64,000 nucleotides of DNA from Felis catus (Eukaryota), in the NCBI RefSeq assembly GCF_018350175.1, contig NC_058368.1, positions 94,056,001 through 94,120,000 of the forward strand, read 5' to 3'. The position numbers were made by a program, and so were the translations under genes. Positions 36,201 through 50,700 of this stretch are shown here, in pieces; the stretch's first letter is position 1; each line of letters opens with the position of its first letter. The notes beneath the pieces are model-generated. The model worked only from the letters and a program-made list of their open reading frames with translations, was not told where the DNA came from and did no database searches.

Positions 36201-39200
36201 AATCTAAAAGATGGAAGGTATTATTGGTAACTTCATTCCAGCAAACTAGGTAAAATGAGCTGGAAAGACACATTGGTCATGTGTCTCTTGTGTTCCTCCA
36301 ATACTTGACGGGTATGCCAAAAATGCAAGACAGTGCCTACTCTTTCCCTGAGCCATTTCCCAGGCTGGCGTTTAACCTGTTTATCTCAAGTGAGTAACCT
36401 TGAGATATGAGGTGATGCCTCCCTCCAGGAAAAAGAACAGGCTTGCTTACTGCTTGCTATAAAAGTGGTGGATTCCTCAAGTTCAGTGTTCCTCAGACAT
36501 GACATAAACCCACTGCATGTGTAGCATCTACCTAAGCCTCTTCGTGTCACCCCTCGTGGGACTTGTGAGCAAGAAGAACCCCTGCAAATATGCTGACAGT
36601 AGCACTTGTTGCTGTGCCATTGGGTAACAAAGTCCTTTGTCTCTGTTCCAGGAGTTTTGTGTTTTCTGCCAGCATCCATGAAACAGTAACAGGTTAATTG
36701 ATTAGATTGTAAGTGGGGTAAAATCAAACCCAAGACTTGACAAAATGTGTAGATGGCACTTAGGTAGGATTCTAGTGATGGTAAAGATATCAAATCCACA
36801 CTCTATCCCTGCCGCAAAAAAGTAATCTGGAAAAATTTGTCAAAATAATCATTTGAGGGCTCTGGAAATTGACCGAAGGCAAACAAATTGCGAATCATTT
36901 ATTCATTTTTTCAAACTCTGCGAATTTCGGGCCAGAGTAGTGGGAGTCTGTGGCATTCTTGCCAGAAGCAGACTCCCCAAATGGGTTGGTGCAACGTTGC
37001 CACCAGGGTGAGGTCAACATTCAAAGCCAGGAGCTCCACTGCTAGAGGGAGCTAACTTGAGTTGGAGTGGATGACATAAAGGCCATACCTAACAGTGCTG
37101 GCAGTAAAAATTGCAAACCTGGGAGGAAATAAATGGGGAAAGCCCATAGCTCTGTGAGCCTGAAGTTTGTGCTCTCATATGAGGTAAGCAGCAGACCAGT
37201 GGACTAGCCAGAAAGTTAACAGGGAGACCTTCAGTGGCTCAAGATAAGCTCTTCACATATCTCTGCATGACTAGGAGGCTACATATATGTATACACAGGG
37301 GAGACACAGCCTGCCCCTGTAGATATTTTGCATTTGAACCCTGGTTCTAGCACCATGTGACTGTGGGCAAGTCAACTTAACTGCTCTGTGCTTTGGTTTC
37401 TTCATCTATATGATGGGACAAAAAAGTATTAAGAGGAGTAAGTAGATTCGGTAGCATAAATATAGAACATAGAAGAGCAAGCGTATAGTATTACAAAAGA
37501 GTTTACATTATCATTTCTTGAAATGGGGTATAACACTTGGCCAGAATCCTTAGGGAGATTTCCAGGATTCACTCCAGATCTATGGAATAAAAATCTCAGG
37601 GTCAGGGGAAGGAACCTGAGAAAGAGGAATACTTTACAATAGATCAGTTGATTCTTATATATCACCAATGTTTGAGAACTACTACTTTCGGGTAAGAGGT
37701 TATAATTTTCCGTATAGTGTCTGTGTCAAGATGCCTTGAGGACTGAAACTATCATATTTATATCAGTACCTCCATTGCCTAGCACACAGTAGACATGTAG
37801 TCAAACATCTATTGAGTGGTAGAATTTTATTTAAAGCTAATCAACCTCCAACCCTCCAAGTCCTACAAGGTAGAACAAATAACAAATTGGACATAGAATT
37901 TAAATCTTTTTATTAATATGAGAAAGCTAAACTTACTGTAATATCATATAGAGCACCGATTCTTTAAAACCCTTTGAGTCACAGACTCTTTCCAGCATGT
38001 GAAGAAAACTACAAACCCTCCCGAAGACTGAAGATACATGTAAAATCTTCCAAATAATTTTAAGGGGTTTACCCCAAGTTAAAATCCTCTCATATGAAAA
38101 CTGACTTGTCTATCTCCTAGAACAGAACAGTAAGTTCTTGTTTACCACTGAGTCTCTAGTTCTAAGAAAAAAAGCATAGAACATAGTTGGCACTGAATAA
38201 ATACTGGTTGAATGAATAAATGAGTGATTCATGGATAAAAAGATATCATCTAGGGTCATCTGAAACTCCTTGAGTGACCCAGGGGTGAGGTGGAGAACCA
38301 AAGTACAGATGTTGCACATTTTATTCATGACCAAGATGTAACCTTGGATTTCTGGAGGTGGTGATGAGAAAAGAGGTCATTTTTTTTTTTAAAGGGCTTT
38401 TTGTATGTTTTTGAGAGAGGGGGATGGGGGAGGGGTAGAGAGAAAGGGAGACAGAGGATCCAAAGAGGACTCTGCACTGACAGCAGAGAACCCGATGCGG
38501 GGCTCGAACTCACCAGCCATGAGATCATGACCTGAACTGAAGTCAGACACTTAACTGACTGAGCCACCCAGGTGCCCCAGAAAAGAGGTCACTTGGATCA
38601 GTGTTCTCACCGAAGATAAAACTGAGGAAACACAATAAGCATCCTCTCGAAGATGTAAAAGATGGAATCTACCAGGTCAAACTAAGGAAGGAGGATTAGA
38701 GTTCAGGAAATAGTGCCAGTGCTGCGTTTGTCCTTGTGCTGAATTGCCAATCTAGAGGAGTCAGTGGAGAGGCAGAGTTGTATTTTCATCAACAATTAGA
38801 GTTGGAGAGACAAAGGTTGCGTTTGGTATCCACCCAAAGACTGGAGCCCAAGGGCTGTAACCTGGAGTGGGGATACATGGTGCAGTGGATCATGTGGAGG
38901 AGAACAGAACATCTAAACCCTAAGTTCCAGACTGCTAGTGACCTCAGGCACTTGGCAGCAAGAAACAAAAACCTCTTAAGGAAGATGAAATCATCTCAGA
39001 TCTTAAATTATTTCTGTATTCTTTTCCAGGTTTTTCAAGCAAACCATCAAAGATAATGCCAGACAACATGAACTACAAGCAACATGAACTACAGATGACA
39101 GGAACAGAACTGGAGCAGGCTGTAGATAGTGGAATTAACAGACACAAAGGATAATCCATGGAAATAAAATCCTCATTTAAAAAATGCAGCAAGGAACCAG

Positions 39201-42200
39201 ATAGCATACCAGTGCAGATTAAGGAAAAGAACCTTGCCAAAAAAACAGAATTAAAAAATATAAAAACAGAGGGGCAGCTAGGTGGCTCAGGCAGTTGAGC
39301 GTCTGACTTCAGCTCAGGTCATGATCTCACTGTTCGTGAGTTTGAGCCCCGCATCGGGCTCTCTGCTGATAGCTCAGAGCCTGCAGCCTGCTTTGGATTC
39401 TGTGTCTCCCTCTCTCTCTGCTCCTCCCCTGCTTGCTCTCTCTCTCTCTCTCTCTCAAAAATAAACATTAAAAAAATAAAAAAAATATATATAAACAGAA
39501 ATTATGAACTCAGTGAATGAGTCTCCTGGCAAACTAAAAATAGCTGAAAAGTGACTTCATGATTTACAGGCTATATAAGAAGAAACTATCTAGGATGACA
39601 CAGAAAAAATAAACACAATACACACAGAAAAATGAAGACAGAGGAAACATACCAAGAAGGTCTAACATGTGTTACTTAGAAACCCAGAAGTCAAGGACAG
39701 AGAATACTGGGCAGAGGAAATACCTAAAGAATATAATTGAGAGTTTTCCAGAACTGATGTATCAATCCACATATCTAAGATGCCAAACAAAACCCAAGTG
39801 GAAAAATAAAATGAAATCCTCACTTAGACACAGCATAATAAAACTGCGGAAAAGCAAATACAAAGAAAAAAGCCCTGAAAACAGCCGGAGGAAAAAGACT
39901 CCACTAGTTTCAATGGAGTAAGAAACTAACAGTTGATTTCTTCATGGCAATGATAGGGAAGCCAGAAGACAATGGGAAGGTTATCTTCAAGATCATCACC
40001 CAAAGAGAATTCTATGTCCAGAAAAAATTGATCGCCTTTAAAAATGAAGGCCAAATAAATACATATCTAAAACAATTTTTTTTCAAGGGTAATCTATTTT
40101 TGAGACAGAGACAGACAGAGGGAGACACAGAATCCGAAGCAGGCTCCAGGCTCTGAGCTATCAGCACAGAGCTCGACACAAAGCTAAACTCACGAACACA
40201 AGATCATGACCTGAGCCAAAGTCAAACGCTTAAGCAACTGAACCACCCAGGCGCCCCATAAAGACATTTCGGAAAAAAAAAAAAAAGTGAATCTGCCTCC
40301 AGCTGAACTGCACTAAATTATCCCAGATGGTAGTTCAAAGACACAGCAAGGAACAGAGAGCAAAAATGATGGCAAATATAGGTAAATCTAAATGAATGGT
40401 GACTATACAAGACAATAAAGACTTGTCTTTAAAGAGATACAAAATACATGACAACATGTAAGTTGAGAAGGAGGTAAATGGAGTCATGAGGCAATTGTTA
40501 TCCAATGTCAAATAATTTAAATCACACAGAGAACATATTCTCTAATAACAGTTCAATTATAACTTAAATAGCTATGTTTGAACATGAAGAACTATAGCTC
40601 CAAATAATATCTGTGGGTCAAATTATAAGTAATAATGAGAGCAGAGTATTCTTTGAAATTATCGAGTAACTAAACTAGATATCTCCGCTTGGAGAATGGA
40701 GGTTGTGGTTTGCACAGCTCCAGAACAGCCTCTACATTCCTTCCCCATCCCCAGATCCATACCCTTGTGAGGGCAGAACATATAACTTGCTTCTTACCAA
40801 CAGAATAGGGCACAGGTAAAAGGATTTTGGAAATGCAATTAATGTTCTTATACTGTTGGCTCAGAGTTAGTCAAAAGGGAGCTTATTCTGGGTAGTTTTG
40901 ACCTAATCTGGTGAATCCCATCTGGCCTTTTCTGAAAAAGACTCAAAGTAGCAGAGTCTCTCTTACTGGCCCTGACGAAGCATACAGTGGAGACATGGTC
41001 TGGAGAGGCAGCCTCTAGTGGCAGAGGGCTGCGAGGAACTGAATGTGGTCAACAATCTGAGGAGTTTGGAAGAGGACCGCAAGCTCCAGCTGAGAACACA
41101 GTCCAGGGTAGAAACTGATGCAGCCTTGTGAACCCCTGAACAGAGGACCCATCTAAGCTGTGCATAGACTCTTGGCCCATAGATACTGTGAGATAATAAA
41201 AGTATGCTGTTTTATTTTTATTTTTTTGAGAGTGCGTGCGTATCTGTGCTTGTGCATGAGCAGGGGAGGGGCGGAGGGAGAGGGAGAGAGAGAATCCCAA
41301 GCAGGCTCCGCGCCCAGCATGGAGCCTGATGTGGGGCTTGATCCCACGACTCTGAGTTCAAGACCTGAGCCAAAATCAAGAGTCAGAGGCTGAATCGACT
41401 GAGCCACGCAGGTGCCCCAAAGGTATGCTGTTTTAGATGGGAAAATTCGTGGTCACTTGACACAGGGCATAGAAAATGAACATACAGCTGAAGTAGCATT
41501 TAGAAGGAGATCTACAGTTTTAAATATATAGTTGACTAGAAAGGTGAACATTTGAGCTAAATATCCATTACAGTACTACAGAAAAGTGACAAACTCAACC
41601 TAGAAAAAAGGAAATCATAAAAAGCTGGAATCAATGAAACAATGACAACAACAAGAAACCAAAATATTGGTTCTTTGAAAAAAAAATAATACAGATGACA
41701 CCCCTCTGAAAAAAGGCTGGGCAAGTAAAAATGAAAGATGATGAAAGAAATAGTATAAATTTGTATGCCACAAATAATAGTATCAGGAATGACAAGGGGG
41801 GGGGTACATCATTACCGATCTGGCCTATGTTAAAAAGAGGGCAGGAATAACACTGTGCTAATAAATTTGAAAATGTAGATGAAGTGGACAAATTCTCGGG
41901 AACATTCAATTTGCCAATATTCTACATGAAGAAATACTCTTATTAATAGAAAGAAAATTTCAGTGCCTGGGTGACTCACTCGGTTAAGCGTCTGACTCCT
42001 GATCTCCATGACCTGGCTCAGGTCATGATCTCGTGGTTTGTGGGATGCAGCCCCGCATCAGGCTCTGGGCTGACAGCGTGGAACCTGCTTGGGTTTCTCT
42101 CTTTCCCTCTCTCCCTCTGCTCCTCCCCTGTTCATGTGCTCTCTCTCTCAAGACAAATAAATAAACTTAAAAAAAAAAAAAACTATTTTAAAAAAACAGA

Positions 42201-44656
42201 AAGAAATTTGAATTGGTATCCCACAAAGATGCCAGGCCCCACATATACTTCACCTAAGATTTCTAATAAACATTTATGACAGGAGTAATGCACATCTTAG
42301 AGACACTCCTCCAGGAAACAGGGAAAGAAAGCCACTCTCCAACTCATTTTACAAGGCTATATCATTGTGATATTAAGCAAAAATCTTAAAATAAGCCAAA
42401 TCAAAAAGAAACCAATCAAATCATGGCCAGGTTGGTTTTACTTCAGGAAAGGAAGGTTGCTTTAACAATACGAAACCAATCCATGTAACGAATCATGTTA
42501 ATGATTAAGGGTGGAAAAACAACAATTTTTTGCAATACAGAAAGAGCTTTTTAAAAAAAAATTTTTTTTTTCTTATTTATTTTTGAAACAGAGAGAGCAC
42601 AAGCAGGGGAGGAGCAGAGATAGGGACAGAGGACCTGAAGCAGACTCTGCACTGACAGTGGTGAGCCTGATGTGGGGCTAGAACTCACGAACTGTGAGAT
42701 CATGACCTGAGTCACCCAGGTGCCTCCAGAAAGAGCTTTTGATAAAATTCAGCAACATCTGTGATTATGAAAAGCTCTTCACAAACTAAGAATAGATATT
42801 TCTCAATTTAATAAAAATACCATAAACTGCTTACAGAACACCTGGAGTGCATTCCCAAAACAAGCATGCCTATTATGACCATGTCTCTTCAACAGCGTAC
42901 TGGGGGTCTGCCAATGTAATTAGACAAGAAAAAGAAAGAAAACCACAAAAGTTATGAGGAATGGAAAGAAAAGCAAATCTGTTCTGACTTGTAGGTGATG
43001 TATTTGCATATTTAGAAAGTTCAAATGAATCTATAGAGAAATTACTAGAATTGATAAGCGAATTGCAGCAAGGTTACCAAACAGAAAAATCTGTTTAAAA
43101 ATTTTATTTCTGGGGCATCTGAGCGGCTCAGTCAGTTAAGCGTCCAACTCTTGGTTTCAGCTCAGGTCATGATCTCAAGGTTCATTGTTTCGAGCCCCAC
43201 ATCGGGCTCCGCACTGACGGTGCGGAGCCTGCTTGGGATTCTCTCCTGCCCCTTCCCTGCTCACTCTCTCTTTCAAAACAAATATATATTGAATTTTTTT
43301 CAATTTCTGTGCACCAGCAACAAACAAAATTTAAAGACATCATTTACAATAGCATCTAAAATATAAAGAAAACAATTATTAATGTAACAAAATTTATGGA
43401 ATGCTTTATGAAGAAAATCACAAAACTGTTGTCAAAAGATCTAAGAAGTCCTTATCAATGGAGAGATGTTCATTCAATGGAAAATGCACTATTACAGAGA
43501 GGATTAATTAATTAAGTATAATTCCAACAAAAATCCTAAGACTTGTTTTGTTGAAACTTGGGCAAATTCCAAACTTCGTACAAAAATGCAAAGGATAGGG
43601 GCACCTGTGTGGCTCGGTGGTTGAGGGTCTGACTTCGGCTCAGGTCATGATCTCATGGTCTGTGGGTTTGAGACCCACGTCGGGCTCTGTGCTGACAGTT
43701 CGGAGCCTGGGCCCTGCTTCAGATTCTGTCTCCCTCTCTCTCTGCCCTTCCCCCGCTCGTGCTCTTTCTCTCTCTCAAAAATAAACATTAAAAAAAATTT
43801 TTTTTAAATGCAAAGCATAGATGACAAAGATGACAGCCCAAATCTTGGAGAAAAAGGTTATAAAGATGCTTTACCTAACATCAAGAATTTTTTCTTTTTA
43901 TGAGAGAGAGAGAGAGAATACGAGTCGGGGAGAAGGGCAGAAGCTTAAGCAGGCTCCAGGCTCAGCATGGAGCCCAATGTGGGGCTTGATCCCATGACCT
44001 TGGGATCATGACCTGAGCTGCAATCCAGTCGGGACACTCAACCAACTGAGCCACCCAGGTGCTTCGGAAATTATTTTCATTACCAGAACATTGCTGATCT
44101 CTAGTGGGGAAATTCAGGGATGTGATCAGGAAAGGATACCCAAAAGCCTTCCAGGGTGCTGGCAAGGTGGCATTTAACCTGAGCATTGGTGATATGAATG
44201 TGTGTTACATTATTCCTCTTTATATACATCTAATAACTTTTTTTCAGGCTTATTTTTTTTAAGTTTGTTTATTTTGAGAGAGAGAGGGGAGAGAGAGGCA
44301 GAGAGAGAATTCCCAGCAGGCTCTGCACTGTCAGCACTGAGCCCAATGCAGGGCTCGACCCCATGATTTACAAGATCACGACCTGAGCCAAAATCAAGTC
44401 AGACACTTAACCTACTGTGCTACCCAGGCGCCCTTAATAACTTCTGCTATTATGTCCACTTTTATTTACCATTTTAAGTTTAAAATTTTGTTACAGACGA
44501 TAGAATACCAGTTCTTAAAATATAGGGACACCTGGGTGGTTCAGTTGGTTGAGCGTCCAACTTTGGCTCAGGTCATAACCTTGCAGTTTGCTGTCAGTGC
44601 AAAGCCGCCTTTGGATCCTCTGTCCCCCTCTGTGCCTCTCTCAAAAATAAACATTT

Positions 44657-44706
<50 letters not shown>

Positions 44707-47700
44707 ACACACACACACACACCTGAAATACATCTAAGTGGACAGTGGGATGAGTGGACTTTATTCTTCTAATTGTTATTTCTCACATTCTTGTGCTGCC
44801 TTTTCTCTTTAATTAAAAAGATTGTGCCAGACCAGCGTTACTTCTAGATCTTGATTTCAGCGAGTAATATAGGATTATTTCTAATAATATCTTATGGATA
44901 AAATGGAGAAATGTAGAATGAAAGACAGCACATTTGGTGGTTAGGGATAACATCCTTGTATTTTCTTCCTGGATTCGGAAACAACCATGACAGAGAAGTC
45001 AGACAAAACATCGCTTCTATTGTTAACAAAGTGTTTTTTTCAATATGCAGCAATGGGGACTGGCCAATAGTCCACCGATCTCTGAATTAGAGATTAATCC
45101 ACTTAACCACTGGCCTTCCTAGACAACCATGAGCTTCCCCTGTGGGGAGACAAAGTTAAAACTCCTCGGGGAGTAAATCTTTTGACCTACATATTCTTTT
45201 ACTTCTAGCACCCTGAAAGGTCTTAAGCCTCTTTGAGTCCATTCCACTTCACTATTTACATAACATTAGCTGCTCCCCAACATTATCCTGTCTCTCCATC
45301 TAAGTTACGTTCCTGGTGGTCAGAGTACCGTACTCATTTCTGAAACCAGAATTCTAGATCATTCATGCACATGATAAATACTTTCATATTCGTGTTATGT
45401 ATTTACTTAAGAGCCATAAGAATACAGGCTGCGGTAAAAACTTCAGAAACTCCAGACAGATCAAGAGACTAGAACTGGACCAATGAGGAAAATACAGCAT
45501 TTATTAAGGGCTTGTATAGGGTGGCTACTGATCCTAAGTGTTTCGTGAACATCTCATTTTATTCTCTTTATAGCAGCTATTACCTTAGCGACAGGTGAAG
45601 ACACAAATAAAGTTAACACAATCACTTGTGTGAGGGCACACAACTATAATTTGCACTTGGCGGTGACTCCAAAGCTAAAGCCCTGAACTGCTGCTGAGCT
45701 ATAGGGAAACCAAGAGAGCTAAGCCTTCTGAGATCTCTCCTTGGTTGGTGTCTGTAAGGCAGTACTGACTGCACTGTGGTCGCGGGAGAGGCCTCGGGAG
45801 CCAGAGCGCCGTGCTTCACACTCAGACTGTGCTAATGATACTGAGATACAGGGGGGTTTCTTAACCTCTCAATGCCTTCTTCATCTCCTTGTCTGTGAAA
45901 TGGGAAGAATATCCTCAGTGCACAGGATTATCGCCAAGATGAAATGTGTCCATGCAAGTAAAATACTTAGCGCGGCACCTGACTGCACATATCAACCTGT
46001 ATTTACTGCTAGGTCTCTGCTACTTTTGTAGAATTTCGCCCCGGAACCCAAATGTCCCCTGTGAGTACATCATGAAGGGTAAGAAAACAATTGAGGAAAC
46101 TTGGCATTATACAACCTAAGGCTAATTTACTTAAAAACAAAGAGCTTTTTAGGGAACTGAGGACTTTACTCCCTTTCACCCAAAACTTCCAGCGAGAAAA
46201 TGCAAAAAGGTTTAAAATGAGGTAGTTTAGAGGTGGTATTCTTCTTCTTTATCATTCTTTCTTGGCCAGTCCCTGAGATGTCTAGATGAAACACCCAATA
46301 AAAACCACTCTCTCGCTACAAACTGTACTCCAAGCTGCAAGTTTTTAAGAAGCTGTAAAAAGACAAATCCTGACAGAAACAAGTGAAGTCAGTTTGTTGA
46401 AAGATTTTTTTTTTATTCTACAAGAATTGATTGGTGCAATCCTGCAGGACCCACATGTGTTTAGAGAAATTTTTCTTTTCAAAAGTAAATGAAAACCCCC
46501 TTTGAATTATTTATATATTAACTTCTGAAAACAATAGTCATAGGGTCTGCTTTGTCCTATAGAACTATAAATGTTACACAAACTGAAGCAAAAATGGATG
46601 TACAGAGATTTAAATGAAACCTTCCAAAGAACAAGACCGCTCCTCGGTCCACTGTATTTTCAAAGTTGATTATCATCAAACCAGGATGAGAGCTGTGAAC
46701 CACAAACCGTTTGTGTCTTTAATAGAAAAAACCATGTTTAGATTAATTAGCAAAGTAGGATCTTAAAATGGATCTTCACACAGTTGATATTTTAGTAGTA
46801 AACCTGTATATCAAGGCCCTTTCCATTATTTATTTTACTTTAAAAATATATACAGCTAAGGATGTTAAATATATATTCTGAGCCATATGTCTAAACATAA
46901 ATATTTGGGAAATTCAAACTCTTCCAACAAGTTACGAAAGGATTAAAGAAACGAGAGGAGCTACAAATTATACAGCAGGAGGAAGAAAAAAAAGTTCTTA
47001 AACATTTAGGTCTGGATAGATAGGTATTTTCTGATTTCAATATACATACCCAGTTGAGAATAGACAGCTGTCAAACTTCAACCAGTTACAGAGAGTGTCG
47101 ACTAAGCCTGTACTATTTTGTACAACAGGAAACAACGGTGACTTCAAAAATTTCAAGACAGCTCGATAGTTTCATCAGAAGTTATTTGTAGTAATCGTCT
47201 AGTATCGTGTAGTTCTGGGAGGTGCAGACTGAATGACCGCATCACCTAAGCCAAACCAGGTGCACTGATGCTGCCTGACGGGGATTAATTATGGTGGAAA
47301 GTATCAGAACACAACAGAGCAGACAGGCAAGCGGAGAAGGACGTATAACGTACACCCATGCGGATCAATCACGTTAACGCTAGTGTTTCAAATCTAAATG
47401 TACAGGGACACTTATAAAAGCTGCAGGACAATCCCGATACAAAAACCCAGAGATAAACCTGCAAAATGGTCAACTTCAGTTCCTAGTCTGCTGCTGAATA
47501 GCTTAAAGAGTAGCTATTTGGTCTTCGGGGATTTGAGAATGAAAGGGGTGGAAACGTGTTCATCCCTCACTGCACTGTAGCATCTGAAATGAGCAAGCAC
47601 AACACCTTTGAATTTGTTTTGCTCTTACGTGCAGAACCGGTTCTACTTTTTGAAGACATTTAAAGATAGCTTTGCACTGAGTTAACTTCTAGTCCACAGT

Positions 47701-50700
47701 GGTTAAGTGACTAGAACTGCCATCCCATTAGCATTCTACGGGACAGTCTTGTTCAGCACTCCTCACTCTGGGGTGGGGGTGGGAGGCATGGCAAAAAGCA
47801 GGTGCAATTCTTTTTTTTTTTTTTTTTAACAGCAGAAAAGCTTGAAACACCTACAGAGTTTTGCATGTGTCTTGTATTCTATTCTGGAACACCTGAACAA
47901 AATCTTATTTCAATCAGCTCGATCTATACAAGTTATAAAATACAAACACAGTCTAAACCCTATAGCGTACAGGATATGTGCTGTTTAATATTCATTAAAT
48001 GCAGTACAATTGATGAAGATTATCAAATAAGAAACACACGGCATTCTGAAGTTTTAGATCATCTTCGGGTCACTGACCAGAAATGTACAAATTACATGTG
48101 CAAGACAAAAAACAAACAAAAACCAAAACACACACAAAAAAGAAAGGATAAAATCCAAAGAAACCAACTTCTCAGTGCAGCACCCCCCTCAGGATATGGC
48201 ACTTTTACAATATGAATATTACAGCGGTCAATTTAAGCCGGGAATGACTCAGACAGTGAAGCCACATTAGGGCAAGAGCCAGCCCATCAAAATGTTAAAG
48301 TAAAACAGATGAACTTTTTTCTCTGTAAAAGCACTGAAAATGTAATATGGCGCAGACAACTCACTAAAACTTTTCTCATTTCATTTGCCTCCCGATGTAG
48401 GATCTTAAGTTATTCTGTAATTATTCTACTTGTTTTAACAGACTGATTTTTAAGGCCTGTATAAATGCTGTTATGTTGCTGAAACCTACTTTTTTCTCTG
48501 TGGTGAGAACGTCTTCGTGGAAAAAAGAATGTATCGGCCAAAAAATCACAGAATGGAGACAAAAAACAAAAGACTGACAGTTTCCAAGCTAGTAAGAAAT
48601 AAATTATACCATGATCCATCGATTTAAAATTATATCAATATTAACTAACATTTCCAGGGTGGCTCCCCCATGCTCAAATTAAACAGTGCAGACTAGGGCC
48701 TGGTACAGTGAATCACATTTGGTTTTCTGGAAAACAAAACTTTACTATACTATAAACAATTAAAAGGCAATTTTCTTCCTCCACAACACACAGACATTAA
48801 ATGGAAGGTTTTTAAAATATCCACTACCTATAAGAAAAGTACTTTTAAATGGCTAAAAGGAATCAAAATACCAAAGTTTAGTATGCGAAGATATAAACAA
48901 CCAAGAAAAGATCATTGGTGCTGAATATTGAACATGAATAGCCCAAAATAAGTTCCGAAGTTTTGTCTACCTTTACAAATTAAAAAAGGTGTCCTTTCCA
49001 CAGTTTGGGGATATGTGCTGTAAATCCCCCCCAACAAGTGTATGAGTAAGGTTTAAAAATGTTGCCAATAGTAAGTTCTTCGGTACCTAAAATTAACCAG
49101 AGGACAGCAATATTAATGGTGGCAATGGTGCAGCAATTCTCAAAACGTAGTTACGATCCAACACGAGTTGTGGTGGTTCTTTTATCTGAGAAAAAGCTTT
49201 TCAGAAGAAATACCTGCCCTATGCTAACCACCAGAAGAATGAGGGCTTCTCCTACTGACCAATAGGCCACTCTCGTATTTAGATCTTCTGCTCGGCTTCG
49301 GCCTTGGGCTTCTCTCAAGCGGAAATGAGTCTGATAGTCGATGACAGACTTTAGAGCTTCGTGAATTGAAACACAGGCAGATTCCATCTAAAGAGAGACA
49401 GGTGCAGTTAGTAGGTGGGACACCTTCTGCCCTATCCATCTAATATATTCATCTTCCAGTTAGATCTCAATTCCTCATCTGATTAACACACCACTGAACT
49501 GGCACTCACTCATTCACCCGCTCATTTACGCCACTGGTTCCGGCAATGCAACCGGCCCTTCCCTTCATCCCCACTAGGACAACTGGTGAGGCCGGAGATT
49601 CGGTGAGGCAGCGGCTTGCCCCAAATTGGAAAGTCACAGCGATGGTACCTGCCATGTGCTAGACAGAATGCTAAGCTGACAGCAGCAGAAATACTTATCA
49701 GTGACAGTGCGTGGTTACAGAATTTCAAGTTCAGGCTCCCCCAGGAGGATGAATTAGGAGGAAGAGAATGGCAGGGCAGAAAATTTGATCAATAATGAGT
49801 ACAAAGTCCAAATAGATACAAAAATAAACCAAACACCAGACAAAGTTAACCATCTTAAAAGCAGGTGAGTCTGAAAGTGATAGGTCAGGGCGTCAGTGTC
49901 TTTCTTTAATTTATCAATTTGCTAAACATGTGTCCTCCCTCCTGCCAGTCAACCAACACATACGTTCTCAGTGGGAGGAAGTTTCAGTTCCACTGTGTAA
50001 TCCATTTGCCAGCCTTCATCTGATGACACCTTACCTTTCTATACATTCATCACACTATCTGCTTTGAGAAAGGGTAAGTGTCTAAATTTTTTGTTTGTAC
50101 AGCAGAGTTTAATATTTTTCTACTGCTGAAAACTTAACCCTAGTGATGAAATACCTGCGTTATTATTATACTTATTCTACATCACAAACCATGTATTAAG
50201 AATGTTACAAACAATCTGAGGGTTTTCTCGCCCTTATTGCTAAGGAAGGAACTGTTGATATATACTGTGCACAGCCACACAAAGGAAAAATATCTTTATG
50301 ATATAGGACAGTGATGAGGGCCACAGAGTATGGGAAGCAGAGGGAGGAAGATGGCGAACATTACTACCTTCCTGTATTCTGGAAAATTCTCCAATAAATG
50401 AAGTTTATCTTAGCAACCTTCCCATTTTCCTTTCTGCTTCTCTCTCTCCTTTAGACCCCAAAACTGTCAAGCTAACTCAGTCACTAGAATACCCCCATGT
50501 CACAAAGTTATTTGGGCTCCTCTCTACTACAGTGTTTACGACTTGTATAACTTCTTCCCTCCTTTCACTAATAAATCCACAGAATCTCTCAAAAGATTCT
50601 GGGATTTCTTTTTTCCGGTCTTACTTTTTGTGAAGGAATAGAGAACTAGAAAAGAATTCAAACATTTAATAAAGTTTTCGCCAAAGTAAGATGAAAGAAA

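Larger units (their letters stand above)
35400..44230 (+). mobile_element. Long mosaic of old L1M fragments with nested LTRs, MER5/MIR pieces and SINEs
   Basis: A-rich sequence with L1 ORF1/ORF2-like remnants (gaccatatttttggccat, aaatttgaaaatgtagatgaa, caactcattttaca, tttgataaaattca); boundaries approximate. Confidence 0.6.

Noticed and set aside
460..44658. Family of similar 60-90 aa ORFs ([45 protein letters not shown]...)
   Set aside because: Looks like a paralogous peptide family but is the open frame of the SINE consensus, mostly with GTG starts
47802..48215. 137-aa plus-strand ORF
   Set aside because: Antisense to the TMED7 3' UTR, GTG start, low-complexity composition
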